The notes: generated from the sequence alone by a model not told the origin. A stretch of 59,136 nucleotides of DNA from Coleofasciculus sp. B1-GNL1-01 (GCA_040220235.1 JAVJTO010000021.1); one strand, 5' to 3'. Positions 10,607-21,627 are shown, counted from the stretch's first letter. Numbers and translations: made by a program.

Positions 10607-10645
10607 TAGGGATTGCTGCACACAATACTTATTCAGCAATCCCTA
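10607..10645. terminator. Bidirectional hairpin between convergent genes, repeat-derived
   Basis: TAGGGATTGCTG...CAGCAATCCCTA 12-bp stem overlapping the cbiJ stop; related arms at about 7356 and 23151. Confidence 0.5.
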
Positions 10646-11564
10646 AATATCTCTGGCAAAACTTCAACGCTACGGCGACATCACTGGTTTGCTGTGGATA
10701 CATTACCACCGGACGATCAATGACAATTAATGGAATTCCCAACTGCGCCGCCACTTGTCGCTTCGTCGCCTCTCCCCCGGCTACCCCAGACGCCTTAGTC
10801 ACCACCCGTGAAATATCCCAGTGACGCCAGAGTGCCATTTCCAATTCAAAGGGTACAGGGGGGCGTACCGCAATAATGCGATCGCGACTAAATCCTGCTG
10901 CTATAGCCGCCTCTAGAGACGTAACGGCGGGAAGAATCCGGGCAAATAAAGTCGATCGCGCTTGCCAGTCTTGAAATAAGGATAAAACTTTATAGCCCGT
11001 GGTTAACAGTACCCGTTGTTGATTTAAATAGTCACCCGCCACCAAGGTTTCAAAACTGTCTAAGCTAATCACAGATGGTTCATTATTCGTCTGTAGGGGC
11101 GGGTTTAGGGAATTGGGTTTCGCTGTTGATGATAACCTTTGTTCAAAACCCGCCCTGACCGATGTGTAGGGGCGGGTTTCACTATTATCATTTGTTGTCA
11201 CCCTGATGTGACTAAACCCGCCCTGATCTCCCCCATCTCCTTGAACGACAGGACGTTCAAAACGCAGGTAGGGAATCTGGTAACGTTGTGCAGTCGCGAT
11301 CGCCATTCGGGAAATTTCTACCGCATAGGGATGAGATGCATCAAGTATGGCTCTAATAGGCTGCTGTTGACAAAGCTGCTCAATCTGCTTAGTATTCAAG
11401 CGCCCCACTTGTATCTGTAAATTTGGCGTTTGAGGATAAAGGGACTCGGCGGCGGCTGTTGTCACCGTAACCAGACAAGGTAAATTTAGAGACGCGATCG
11501 CCTCTGCTAACTGTACACTCTCACTTGTCCCACCAATCAGCCACAGACTTTGACTCTCTGGCAA
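10629..11564 (-). CDS. cbiJ: Cobalt-precorrin-6A reductase (CbiJ/CobK) with an in-frame repeat insertion
   Basis: IGGTSES, LDASHPYA, RFERP, VVTKASG and IVIDRP motifs; about 50 extra residues after RFERP derive from REPINs. Confidence 0.88.
   Translation of the reverse strand: MPESQSLWLIGGTSESVQLAEAIASLNLPCLVTVTTAAAESLYPQTPNLQIQVGRLNTKQIEQLCQQQPIRAILDASHPYAVEISRMAIATAQRYQIPYLRFERPVVQGDGGDQGGFSHIRVTTNDNSETRPYTSVRAGFEQRLSSTAKPNSLNPPLQTNNEPSVISLDSFETLVAGDYLNQQRVLLTTGYKVLSLFQDWQARSTLFARILPAVTSLEAAIAAGFSRDRIIAVRPPVPFELEMALWRHWDISRVVTKASGVAGGEATKRQVAAQLGIPLIVIDRPVVMYPQQTSDVAVALKFCQRYLGIAE
11093..11225. repeat. Two tandem REPIN elements (GTAGGGGCGGGTTT...AAACCCGCCC) inside cbiJ
   Basis: Same family as intergenic copies at 14706, 23007, 23578, 30038, 35976 and 41126. 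Confidence 0.85.
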
Positions 11565-11567
11565 AAC

Positions 11568-11774
11568 CTACCGACCTTTAAGCGCTCTGGTAAAATTTTT
11601 CCGATAAGACTTATTTGCCACAATTAAAGCGGGCCACAACAAAGACAAATAAATTCGGTTAGGCAAGCTACGAGAGAAGTTTGTCCGATTGAACCCCGTC
11701 CACAACTTCCAAACACCGTAGCCATAAATCCCCAACACAAGCAAAACTAATACTTTCATCCAATTAACCCCCAA
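11568..11774 (-). CDS. Small conserved membrane protein
   Basis: 68 aa, Y..G.WK.W.GF.RTNF...LSLLWP motif; apparently co-transcribed with cbiJ. Confidence 0.75.
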   Translation of the reverse strand: MGVNWMKVLVLLVLGIYGYGVWKLWTGFNRTNFSRSLPNRIYLSLLWPALIVANKSYRKNFTRALKGR

Positions 11775-12129
11775 GAAACCGAATCAGGGACTGTTTCACA
11801 CCGACTGCAAAGCCTCAGCCGAGCAAAAGCGAACCTGCTAATTCACTCATTTTAGACCAACTCCCCCAAAACGTCTCCGGTTACATCTGGCAGTATACGA
11901 ATCCTTGAATCACTTTTACAATAACGTTTTCAGCCTTTTAGATGCCACATTTCAGCCCTAGGTAGAATTGATCCCGACTACAAGTCAAAGTAGCATTAAG
12001 TTCAGTTCTAGTCTATTTATCCATTAGAGTTCAGTTGTAGCATGACCGGGCTAGCTTAGTTAAACGAGACAATAAATAGAAAAATATACGGTGCAAACAC
12101 CGTGAAGCCAAAAATTTTTAGGAGGACTT

Positions 12130-14670
12130 ATGCGAGCAGTGCTGATGGCAGGCGGTTCGGGAACACGTCTGAGACCCTTAACCTGTGATCTGCCCAAACC
12201 CATGGTGCCGGTACTCAATCGACCGATCGCCGAACACATTATCAACCTACTCAAACGCCATAATATCACCGAAGTTATTGCTACACTGTACTACCTCCCC
12301 GATGTAATGCGGGATTATTTCCAAGATGGCAGTGACTTTGGCGTGCAAATGACGTATGCCGTCGAAGAAGAGCAGCCCCTCGGTACTGCCGGTTGCGTGA
12401 AAAACATTGCCGAATTACTCGATGATACCTTCATTGTGATCAGTGGTGACAGCATCACCGACTTTGATTTAAAAGCCGCCATTGAATTCCATAAAAGCCG
12501 TAACTCTAAAGCCACCATTGTTCTCTACCGTGTCCCCAATCCTGTGGAATTTGGGGTGGTAATTACCGATGAGCAAATGCGGATTCGCCGCTTTTTAGAA
12601 AAACCCTCAACCAGTGAGATTTTCTCGGATACGGTAAATACAGGCACTTACATCTTAGAACCGTCTGTCTTAGATTACCTGCCCGAAAACACAGAATCTG
12701 ACTTTTCTAAAGACCTGTTTCCCCTACTCTTAGACAAAGGGGAACCCATGTATGGCTTTGTCGCAGATGGATATTGGTGTGATGTCGGTCATCTCGATGC
12801 TTACCGCGAATCCCACTACGACGCCTTAGATAGAAAGGTAGAGATTGATTTTGCTTACGAAGAGCGCAGATCAGGACTATGGGTGGGACAAAATACATCC
12901 ATTGATCCTACGGTTAAAATCGAAACCCCAGCCCTAATTGGCAGTAATTGTCGCATTGGTCCAGGGGTGAATATTGAAGCCGGAACCGTGATTGGGGATA
13001 ATGTCTCCGTTGGGGCTTACGCTGACCTGAAGCGTCCGATTCTCTGGAATGGTTCGATTATTGGTGATGAAGTCCATCTGCGGGCTTGTGTCATTTCCCG
13101 AGGCACTAGGGTGGATCGTCGCGCCCATGTCTTGGAAGGTGCGGTTGTCGGTTCTCTATCAACCGTGGGAGAAGAAGCCCAAATTAGCCCTAGTGTGAGG
13201 GTTTGGCCCAGCAAGAAAATTGAATCGGGTGCCATGTTAAACATGAACCTGATTTGGGGGAGTACAGCGCAACGGAATCTTTTTGGTCAACGTGGCGTTC
13301 AAGGCTTGGCGAATATTGATATTACGCCAGAGTTTGCCGTCAAATTGGGTGCGGCTTACGGATCAACCTTAAAACCGGGGTCTCAAATCACCGTCTCTCG
13401 CGATCAACGCAGTATCTCCCGCATGGTATCGCGATCGCTAATTGCGGGCTTAATGTCCGTGGGGATTCACGTCCAGAACTTGGAAGCCACAGCCATCCCC
13501 ATCGCCCGTCTGGTTGTACCCACCCTAGCGGTTGCTGGGGGAATTCACGTCCGGGTACACCCGGATCGCCCCGACTATATTCTGATCGAGATTTTTGATT
13601 CCCACGGCATCAATATCTCCAAAGCCAAGGAGAAGAAAATTGAAGGGGCTTACTTCAAAGAGGACTTGCGCCGATCGCCGATTCCAGAAATTGGCAATGT
13701 CAACTACCCCAGTCAGTTACTCGATCTCTATAGCGTCGGCTTTGAACGGTATTTAAATGTGCAAGCGATTCGCAATAGTGGCGCAAAATTAGTGATTGAT
13801 TATGCTTATGCAGTTTCTGGGGCAGTTCTCCCCGTCTTGTTGGCAAAATTCGGCTGTGATGCGGTTGTCCTCAATGCCAGTTTAAATCAAATGTCCCTCT
13901 CCGCCGATGAAAGAGAAGGATTACTCACCCAACTCGGTCAAGTGGTGGAAGCCCTTAAAGGTAATTTTGGCGTCCAGGTGTCCGCCAATGGGGAACAACT
14001 GATCTTGGTGGATGAATCCGGAATGCCCGTGCGCGGGGAAACCCTAACCGCGCTGATGGTTAGCGTGATGCTGACGGCTCATCCTCGCAGTACTGTAGTG
14101 GTTCCGGTTCATACCTCCAGTGCTGTGGAACAAATCGCCCGTCGTCATGATGGTCGAGTGATTCGTACTAAAGCGAATCCAGCGGCGTTGATGGAAGCCT
14201 CTCAAACTAATCCTAATGTTGTGTTGGGTGGTTCTGAGGAAATGGGCTTTATTTTTCCGCAACTCCATCCCGGATTTGATGCCATGTTCTGCATCGCTAA
14301 GTTAATTGAGATGCTGACAATTCAAGAGCGATCCCTGGGTCAGATTCGCAGCGAATTGCCTCGGGTGTGCCATAAAACCTATACCATGCGCTGTCCTTGG
14401 ACGGTCAAGGGAGCATTAATGCGCCACTTAGTCGAAACCCATGCCAATGATGACTTAGAACTTATTGATGGGGTGAAAATTGTGGATTGGCAAACAGACA
14501 GTTGGGTGTTGATTTTGCCGGATGCGGGAGAACCGCTAGTCCATGTCTTTGCCAACAGCGATGATCGCAATTGGGTCGATGAAAATCTGAGAAAATATCG
14601 CACTTATGTGCAAGAGTTCATCGAACAAGAGCAAGGGCTGGAACTGCCCACAGCTGAATCGCCTGTCTAA
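12130..14670 (+). CDS. Mannose-1-phosphate guanylyltransferase / phosphomannomutase-like fusion
   Basis: [13 protein letters not shown]...PKP nucleotidyltransferase motif, hexapeptide repeat region, C-terminal PGM/PMM fold; RBS GGAGG upstream. Confidence 0.92.
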   Translation: MRAVLMAGGSGTRLRPLTCDLPKPMVPVLNRPIAEHIINLLKRHNITEVIATLYYLPDVMRDYFQDGSDFGVQMTYAVEEEQPLGTAGCVKNIAELLDDTFIVISGDSITDFDLKAAIEFHKSRNSKATIVLYRVPNPVEFGVVITDEQMRIRRFLEKPSTSEIFSDTVNTGTYILEPSVLDYLPENTESDFSKDLFPLLLDKGEPMYGFVADGYWCDVGHLDAYRESHYDALDRKVEIDFAYEERRSGLWVGQNTSIDPTVKIETPALIGSNCRIGPGVNIEAGTVIGDNVSVGAYADLKRPILWNGSIIGDEVHLRACVISRGTRVDRRAHVLEGAVVGSLSTVGEEAQISPSVRVWPSKKIESGAMLNMNLIWGSTAQRNLFGQRGVQGLANIDITPEFAVKLGAAYGSTLKPGSQITVSRDQRSISRMVSRSLIAGLMSVGIHVQNLEATAIPIARLVVPTLAVAGGIHVRVHPDRPDYILIEIFDSHGINISKAKEKKIEGAYFKEDLRRSPIPEIGNVNYPSQLLDLYSVGFERYLNVQAIRNSGAKLVIDYAYAVSGAVLPVLLAKFGCDAVVLNASLNQMSLSADEREGLLTQLGQVVEALKGNFGVQVSANGEQLILVDESGMPVRGETLTALMVSVMLTAHPRSTVVVPVHTSSAVEQIARRHDGRVIRTKANPAALMEASQTNPNVVLGGSEEMGFIFPQLHPGFDAMFCIAKLIEMLTIQERSLGQIRSELPRVCHKTYTMRCPWTVKGALMRHLVETHANDDLELIDGVKIVDWQTDSWVLILPDAGEPLVHVFANSDDRNWVDENLRKYRTYVQEFIEQEQGLELPTAESPV

Positions 14671-14705
14671 GTCCAGGCGGGTTACGGTAAGCTGATGGAG
14701 GAAGC

Positions 14706-14766
14706 GGGGCGGGTTGAGTCACATCTGGGTTAGGTCAGAAACGATAGTTGTGAAACCCGCCCCTAC
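14706..14766. repeat. REPIN element (GGGGCGGGTT...AAACCCGCCCCTAC)
   Basis: Inverted arms with a conserved spacer (GTCACATCTGGG...GATAG..GTG). Confidence 0.8.
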
Positions 14767-14787
14767 AGGCTCAAAACTCTCTCCCCC

Positions 14788-14816
14788 CTGACAATATAGT
14801 ACTTTTGTTCTAAATT
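14788..14816 (+). promoter_or_regulatory. Sigma70-type promoter with a cyanobacterial LexA box upstream of ssb
   Basis: CTGACA-17 nt-TAAATT; AGTACTTTTGTTCT (14798-14811) matches the cyanobacterial LexA consensus RGTACNNNDGTWCB. Confidence 0.7.
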
Positions 14817-15016
14817 AAAGAAGGAGGACGTTGAGTAATAACAACGGACTCCTTTTTTCAATGGTCAACATACGTCTGCTGGGTCAGGAGTAGTAATGAT
14901 AGAATGGGCGAATATGGTTTTTGAAACGACCAATTGTCCCAAACATAAGCGCTACTCAACTAGCAGTCACGGTCAATGAATAGACCGATTACCCAAAGCG
15001 CCAGGAGATATTAACG

Positions 15017-15583
15017 ATGAATAGCTGCGTCTTGATGGCACAAATTATTCAAGATCCAGAACTGCGTTACACCTCGGATAATCAAACCCCTATTGCCCAA
15101 ATGCTGGTGCAGTTCCCCAGTATGCGATCCGACGATCCACCCGCAACACTCAAAGTAGTCGGTTGGGGCAATTTGGCTCAAGAAATCAAGGAAAACTATG
15201 GGGTTGGTGATCTTGTCGTCCTTGAAGGGCGTCTGAGTATGAATACGATTGAGCGCCCCGAAGGATTTAAAGAAAAACGGGCTGAATTAACCACTTATCG
15301 AGTTCATAAACTGGGTGCAGATACGGACATGGGGCTACAAACGGCTACCGTTTCCCCAACGATGCAGGCGACAACAATCCCATCATCACCCAAGAAATCA
15401 GAGAATGTTGTTCCCATGCGATCGCGTCCCGCCCCTCCAACCCCGGCACCTGTATCTGCACCGAGAGATCAGGACTATGATTATTCATCGCCGATTGATC
15501 AGCCGAGTTATGAACCCTCTCCAGTGCCAAACGTTCCCCCGGTTCCCGATACCCAGAAAGATTTAGATGATATTCCGTTTTAA
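15017..15583 (+). CDS. ssb: Single-stranded DNA-binding protein with Pro-rich linker and acidic tail
   Basis: OB-fold PELRYT...VLEGRL, C-terminal DDIPF. Confidence 0.88.
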   Translation: MNSCVLMAQIIQDPELRYTSDNQTPIAQMLVQFPSMRSDDPPATLKVVGWGNLAQEIKENYGVGDLVVLEGRLSMNTIERPEGFKEKRAELTTYRVHKLGADTDMGLQTATVSPTMQATTIPSSPKKSENVVPMRSRPAPPTPAPVSAPRDQDYDYSSPIDQPSYEPSPVPNVPPVPDTQKDLDDIPF

Positions 15584-15780
15584 AGATAATGGGGACAGCC
15601 TTAGCGTCTTTCACCCCCCTACTTATCAACTGCAATGAGCCGCAACTTGGTAAGATATTTGACTGCCAATGTTGCGGTACTGATGATCGAATCTGGCAAA
15701 ATTTGCTATAATTCCCAAAACTAATCATTCAGATTAGTTTTAATAATAGTGTTGGTTAATTTGTCAGATAGGATAGAATT

Positions 15781-16071
15781 GTGTTTCAAGTTCTCTACCC
15801 CCTCATTCAGGCGATTCAGCCTTTTCTCATACCCTTGTGCTTTTGTCTAGCGTGGACAATAGTAATCATAACCCTAGTAACAGTCGGGTTGGCGATTAAA
15901 GACGGTGTGGCAAATGCTAAGCGTATGCATCAAATCCCTTGTAGCCACTGTCAATTTTTTACCAATGATTATCGTCTCAAATGTACCATTCATCCGTCTG
16001 TTGCCAATTCGGAACAAGCGATTAATTGTCGAGACTATTGTGCAACTAATCAGAGTATGACGCTGAATTAG
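15781..16071 (+). CDS. Conserved cyanobacterial membrane protein with Cys cluster
   Basis: TM helix plus MHQIPC..CQFFT.DY.LKC..HP...C.DY motif. Confidence 0.8.
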   Translation: MFQVLYPLIQAIQPFLIPLCFCLAWTIVIITLVTVGLAIKDGVANAKRMHQIPCSHCQFFTNDYRLKCTIHPSVANSEQAINCRDYCATNQSMTLN

Positions 16072-16216
16072 CCCAAGGTGGCGGATGTGCCTATAATAAA
16101 ATAATTCTAAAATGCTGTAATCCTTGTTAGTATTGGATTACGGCAAATACTTAAGGTTATCCCCTCAGATTGAGATTCAACCGAGGGGTGGTTTTTATGA
16201 AAAATATTGTGACAAA

Positions 16217-16603
16217 ATGAGCATTATTCAGACTCACCAGATCGTTTGTTTAGAATACGCAACACGCCATTTATACGCTGAAGTGATTGAAGTCGTTGAA
16301 TGGCGGCAGATTTGCTGGTTGCGCCCTTTAATGCTAGCTGTAACCTCTAGCGAGAATGAAGACATAACCTCGGTTCTCCCTCAATCTCTCAGATTGTATG
16401 ATTTGCGTCAAGGACCTGACATACTTTGGCCCACAAAGTTTTTACGACTGGTTTGGGATACGGAAATCATTCCTCTATTCGCACAACTGGAAGACTTACA
16501 TCATCACCCAAAAGATAATTCTGATACTCGCCATCAACTTGCTGATTTCATTGCTGAAGTTTGGCAAACCTATCCTCAGGAGTTTGAGTCATCCATGAAA
16601 TGA
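16217..16603 (+). CDS. Conserved hypothetical protein
   Basis: QIVCLE...LYAEVI...CWLRPL...DLR..PD..WP motif; ORF track starts at 16124, ATG at 16217 is more likely. Confidence 0.7.
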   Translation: MSIIQTHQIVCLEYATRHLYAEVIEVVEWRQICWLRPLMLAVTSSENEDITSVLPQSLRLYDLRQGPDILWPTKFLRLVWDTEIIPLFAQLEDLHHHPKDNSDTRHQLADFIAEVWQTYPQEFESSMK

Positions 16604-16687
16604 AATCAATTCTATAGGGTAATCTAAAACTGGCTTTTGGCACTTACAAAAATTTCCCGTCTAGCTGGTGATGCTTAACGTAACGCT

Positions 16688-16882
16688 CTAAACACTAGGA
16701 ACTAACCGGATTCTACCCGCATCCATCTCAGCCATTAATAATTCAAGGGCTTCGTAATCGGCATCGGAAATATATCCTAAGCGAGTTAATTCGTAGTTAA
16801 TTTCATTCTCTATATCAGGAGTTAGTTGCCTGATATAAAGCGCTCTTTCAACCAAATGACGGATAACGTAGGTGGTGTTCAC
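16688..16882 (-). CDS. Small conserved hypothetical protein
   Basis: IR.LVE.AL...LTP..E...DYEAL..LM.....G.I family typical of cyanobacteria. Confidence 0.7.
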   Translation of the reverse strand: MNTTYVIRHLVERALYIRQLTPDIENEINYELTRLGYISDADYEALELLMAEMDAGRIRLVPSV

Positions 16883-17487
16883 TCTCTTATTGCACAGAAT
16901 TCCATACTAGATCAATTCTCTGGGGAATTACTAGGCAAGAGCGTGATTCTAATCATTTTTTTGGGTGATCTATATCACTGCTATTTGGCAAAAACTCGTA
17001 TAATGAATTGATTTGATAACTAAGCAAACAGTGTGCTTAAGCCGCTGAAAAAGCAGCAATTCAAACAGTTTATCGCAGGTCAGTCCTTCTTGGGTAATTA
17101 ATTAGTGTATTTGATTATACGAAACATTGTTAAAGAGGTAGAATAAATGCTAAGATGTGATTCATTTTATTCTCTACCCGAAGGAAGATGCCACAAATAG
17201 GCTATTAATTATAGATATAAAGCAACTGGTATTAAGGATAAACATTTCGTGCAGCAGGAATTGTGGGATATGACTTTGGGCTAAGTGTTCATTATTCAGT
17301 ATATTAGGCTACAAAACTTAATCTTTTTTTAAGGAACACTAAAAAACTGAAGAAAGTAAAACCCCACGCTAGAAAACCTTAACCCGTTGTTAATGAAAAC
17401 TTGTAGCAGATTGGAGAATTGACGCGCTATCTTTAGGTGGATTCTCTAATCCAATGTCTTAACCTATACAAATCTGAGGAGTGAGCT

Positions 17488-17862
17488 ATGGCAATCGCAA
17501 CTTTAAACACCAAATTATCAATCGTTAGACCAACGGGTCAGGTTAATGCCTCTAATACGGTTGAATTGGATCGGCAACTGAAATCGGCTATTTTGTCGGA
17601 ACGCTATTCGACGGTGCTGGTGGATATGCAGCAGGTAGAAACCCTTGACAGTGCTGGCTTGCGTGTATTGGTATCCGCGTTGCGTTTAGCGCAACAGCGA
17701 AACCAGCGCTTTAGCATTTGTGGTGTGGGGGATTCGGTTCGGATGATTTTTGAGCTAACTCAACTGGATCAAGCTATGGAAATCTTTGAAAGCTATGATG
17801 CTTTCTTGGCAACCTTAGCCGCTCACGAAGACAGCCCAAGACGGACAATGGCTTATGCTTAA
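17488..17862 (+). CDS. STAS domain anti-sigma factor antagonist
   Basis: LVDMQQVETLDSAGL phosphoserine motif, IFELTQLD; RBS GAGGAG. Confidence 0.9.
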   Translation: MAIATLNTKLSIVRPTGQVNASNTVELDRQLKSAILSERYSTVLVDMQQVETLDSAGLRVLVSALRLAQQRNQRFSICGVGDSVRMIFELTQLDQAMEIFESYDAFLATLAAHEDSPRRTMAYA

Positions 17863-18121
17863 TTCCTTTGGCATTAGCTAGCTTAAACGCTTAGTAGTGT
17901 TCCCTGATAACGCTCTCAAGCAGATGTCCCTGATATCGAAAAACTAAAACTCTATCATAAAAGTAGGTGAATTGTACACTTCCCTGACAAATTTATTGTG
18001 TTCTTATTGGAGACAGTCACAGGACGATTGTCGAGTGACCATTGGGCATTATTGCTAGTCTTCTGTAAGATGGATGAGTTGTAAGGGTTAACCGCACTCG
18101 ATTCAGAGGGGCAAGGTTGTC

Positions 18122-20758
18122 ATGACGATCGCACCAGAGAAACTACTGACCAAAGACATCATCAAACCAGCCCGCTACCTGGGAAATGAGTTAGGTGCTG
18201 TTCATAAACCCTGGGACACCGCTAAGGTGCGCTGGGTATTAACCTACCCAGAAGTCTATGAAGTGGGTGCATCTAATTTAGGACATATTATTCTCTACAA
18301 CATCCTAAACACTCAACCTCGACAACTTTGCGATCGCGCTTACTTACCTGCGCCGGATTTAGCCGCGAAATTGCGGGACACTCAGACACCTTTGTTTACA
18401 GTCGAAAATCGGCGATCGCTCACCGAGTTTGATATCCTGGGATTCAGCCTTAGCTACGAACTTGGGGCGACAAATATTCTGGAAATGCTCTCCTTAGCCC
18501 AGATTCCCCTCACTTGGCAAGAACGGGCAAATCACCCGATTACAGAAATTCCCCTCATTTTTGCTGGCGGACAAACCGCGACATCCAACCCAGAACCCTA
18601 CGCCGACTTTTTAGACGTTGTGGCGCTGGGGGATGGGGAAGAATTACTCCCGGAAATTGGTTTAGTTATCGAAGAAGGCAAAGCCGCCGGATTAACTCGC
18701 ACTGCATTACTCTTAGACTTGGCGCAGATTCCGGGGGTTTATGTGCCACAATTCTACGACATGGCAGAGGATGGTTCAGTTCATCCCAATCGCCCGGATG
18801 TACCAGCGCGGATTCTGCGGCGGGTAGCGACGCCAATCCCGGAGTATTCTATTGGACTCGTCCCCTATATCGAAACCGTTCATGATCGGCTAACCATTGA
18901 AGTTCGACGCGGTTGTACCAGGGGTTGTCGTTTTTGTCAACCGGGAATGTTAACCCGTCCCGCCAGAGATGTGGAACCGGAGAAAGTCGTGGATGCGATC
19001 GCCAAAGGGATGGGGGCGACGGGATATAATGAGTTTTCCCTGCTTTCTCTTTCCTGTTCCGATTACCTATCCCTACCCGCCGTGGGATTGGAAGTAAAGA
19101 ATCGTCTCAAAAATGAGAACATTTCCCTGTCTCTTCCCAGCCAACGGGTGGATCGGTTTGATGAAAATATTGCCAATATTATCGGCGGTACGCGCAAAAG
19201 CGGGTTAACCTTTGCCCCAGAAGCCGGAACCCAGCGGATGCGGGATATTGTGAATAAGGGACTCACCAACGAAGAATTGCTGCGGGGTGTGAAGACGGCG
19301 TTTGAGCAAGGGTGGGATAAAGTTAAACTCTACTTTATGATTGGCTTACCCGGTGAAACCGATGCGGATGTGATCGGGATTGCTGAAACGGTAAGGTGGT
19401 TGCAGCAAGAATGTCGGGCATCGGGGCGGAAACGGTTTGGCTTTAATATCACAATTTCTAATTTTACCCCCAAGCCGCATACACCATTTCAGTGGCATTC
19501 GGTGTCTACGTCTGAGTTTATCCGTAAACAGGAATTATTACGCGAGGCATTCCGCCGGATTAAGGGTGTGAAAGTCAACTACACCGATGTGCGAATTTCG
19601 GCAATGGAAGACTTTGTCGGGCGAGGTGACAGACGCTTAGGGGCGGTGGTGCGTCGCGCCTGGGAATTGGGTGCGGGAATGGATGCATGGTGGGAAAGTC
19701 TGGATAAAGCATTTGCGGCTTGGGAAGGTGCGATCGCAGAATCAGATCTTACCTGGAAATATCGCCAAGTCGAGAACGGTGAATGGAATGTGTTTCATGA
19801 TTCAACCCTCAACGATCCACAATCCCCAATCCCCAATCAAAATTCCCTGAATGCCCCCTTACCCTGGGATCATTTGGATACCGGGATTGATAAAAACTGG
19901 CTGATTGAAGACTTACAACGCGCCCTAGATGCAGCGACTGTACCCGATTGCGCCTTTGAGGGCTGTTCTCACTGTGGGATCTGTGGCACGGATTTCGGTC
20001 ATAATATTGTCTTTGAACCGCCGCAAATTCCCGAATTTACAGGTCATTTTAAGCCCAATCAACACAAAGCGCAGCGGTTGCGGGTGTGGTACGGTAAGGT
20101 AGGCGAAATGACATTAGTCAGTCATTTGGATTTAGTCCGGTTATTTGACCGTGCCGTGAGACGGGCATCGTTACCGATTACCTTTACTGGGGGATATCAT
20201 CCTGGACCCCGGATTATGATCGCGAATGCCTTATCATTAGGGATGTCGAGTAGTGGCGAGATTGCTGACTTTGAGTTAACCGAATCGATGGATGTGGCGG
20301 AGTTTCAGCAACGGCTAGCGGATCAGCTTCCGCCAGATATTCCGGTGTATCAGGTTGAAGAAGCAGATTTAAAGGTGCCAGCGACAACCCGACTCTTAGA
20401 GAAAGCGGAGTATCGGCTTGAAGTGGTAAGCGAAGCGGGATCAGCGTCGTGGGAACAGTGGCAAGATTGGGTTGATCAGGTAAATCAGGCTGAGGCGATT
20501 TGGCTAGAGAAGCGAACCAAGTCGGGGAAGAAGAAGTCTGTGAATTTGCGCGATCGCTTATTTGAGTTAGAACTGATAGAGGTGAAAACAGACGCCCCGT
20601 CTCAACCTGCTGTGCTACGGTATGTTGGCAGTTGTCGGAATGACGGCACGCTACTGCGACCTGAAGATATCATCTATATGGTAGAGCAGGTGGGGCCACA
20701 GGACTTTCAGTTATTGCACAGTCATCGACAACAGCTCATTTTAGGTGAAGCGATTTAA
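18122..20758 (+). CDS. TIGR03960-type B12-binding radical SAM protein fused to a TIGR03936/DUF2344 domain
   Basis: KPARYLGNE start, RGCTRGCRFC CxxxCxxC motif, C-terminal SHLDL.R.F.RA.RRA domain. Confidence 0.9.
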   Translation: MTIAPEKLLTKDIIKPARYLGNELGAVHKPWDTAKVRWVLTYPEVYEVGASNLGHIILYNILNTQPRQLCDRAYLPAPDLAAKLRDTQTPLFTVENRRSLTEFDILGFSLSYELGATNILEMLSLAQIPLTWQERANHPITEIPLIFAGGQTATSNPEPYADFLDVVALGDGEELLPEIGLVIEEGKAAGLTRTALLLDLAQIPGVYVPQFYDMAEDGSVHPNRPDVPARILRRVATPIPEYSIGLVPYIETVHDRLTIEVRRGCTRGCRFCQPGMLTRPARDVEPEKVVDAIAKGMGATGYNEFSLLSLSCSDYLSLPAVGLEVKNRLKNENISLSLPSQRVDRFDENIANIIGGTRKSGLTFAPEAGTQRMRDIVNKGLTNEELLRGVKTAFEQGWDKVKLYFMIGLPGETDADVIGIAETVRWLQQECRASGRKRFGFNITISNFTPKPHTPFQWHSVSTSEFIRKQELLREAFRRIKGVKVNYTDVRISAMEDFVGRGDRRLGAVVRRAWELGAGMDAWWESLDKAFAAWEGAIAESDLTWKYRQVENGEWNVFHDSTLNDPQSPIPNQNSLNAPLPWDHLDTGIDKNWLIEDLQRALDAATVPDCAFEGCSHCGICGTDFGHNIVFEPPQIPEFTGHFKPNQHKAQRLRVWYGKVGEMTLVSHLDLVRLFDRAVRRASLPITFTGGYHPGPRIMIANALSLGMSSSGEIADFELTESMDVAEFQQRLADQLPPDIPVYQVEEADLKVPATTRLLEKAEYRLEVVSEAGSASWEQWQDWVDQVNQAEAIWLEKRTKSGKKKSVNLRDRLFELELIEVKTDAPSQPAVLRYVGSCRNDGTLLRPEDIIYMVEQVGPQDFQLLHSHRQQLILGEAI

Positions 20759-20768
20759 CCTAGGATCA

Positions 20769-21140
20769 ATAGCACTGACTTAAAGCCCCGACACCCGCCC
20801 GGAGTTCAAACTCCGGGCTAAAAGCTCAAGTCCACTAAAGTGGACTAAAACTTTTAATCCGAATGGTACTATAGCGCTACGCGCTAGGCAATGGGCAATA
20901 GGCAATGGGCAATAGTGAAGAAAAACACTGACTCATCAAGGGATTGAGCGATTTAATTTTTTCTTCTTTTGTCCTAACCTGTGTGCGTAGTGCTATAACT
21001 TAAAGCTGATAGATAGTACCTAACCTAGGGTATAGCAAGAGTTCCGGCGATTCCAAAAGGCTTAAGTCAGTGCCATTATTCTTGGTCTAGTCAGCTTTAG
21101 CTGACTTTCGCTTGGGTTCCTTGGGTTTAAACCCAAGGCT
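20769..21140. repeat. Cluster of nested or interleaved short inverted-repeat elements
   Basis: GCACTGACTTAA / TTAAGTCAGTGC; CCCGGAGTTCAAACTCCGGG plus AGTCCACTAAAGTGGACT versus AGTCAGCTTTAGCTGACT plus CCTTGGGTTTAAACCCAAGG; inner CTATAGCGCTACGC...GCGTAGTGCTATA. Confidence 0.6.
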
Positions 21141-21269
21141 AACTACTTGATCAGAGGGCAAATGACTGTACCTCACGAACTTGCAATACGCTGTAACTCA
21201 TTCTCAGGATAGACGAGAAACTAACTTCGGCTGGATAGCCTATAGGCGTTGAGTATTTCAAACAAACTG

Positions 21270-21476
21270 ATGAAAACGCCTAAATCCTACGATACCAGAC
21301 CTGCCGACTTAGAAACACCTGGAGATGTTGATCAGCCGGATACATCGGGTGAAGAACCCAACCCTGCTGCTACCAATACCGCTAATAATCAGACTGATGC
21401 CGACATTTTAAGAGAACAGGCTATCTCTGATGCACAAGCAAGAGATGATTTGCAAGCGAAGCAGGAGAACCGTTAA
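21270..21476 (+). CDS. Small acidic, probably disordered protein
   Basis: ORF MKTPKSYDTRPADLETPG...; likely ATG at 21270 (track starts at TTG 21249). Confidence 0.55.
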   Translation: MKTPKSYDTRPADLETPGDVDQPDTSGEEPNPAATNTANNQTDADILREQAISDAQARDDLQAKQENR

Positions 21477-21627
21477 CTTTAATTGTGTCCACCCACTTAA
21501 TATTCCAGGCAGTGCTTGGCTATTTTTCTGAGAAAATGATACTTAATTTATCATTTTCTCCCTTGGATTTCATGCCATTCAAGATGAAAATTGATCTAGA
21601 ACAATATACAGACAATTTCCAATCTGG

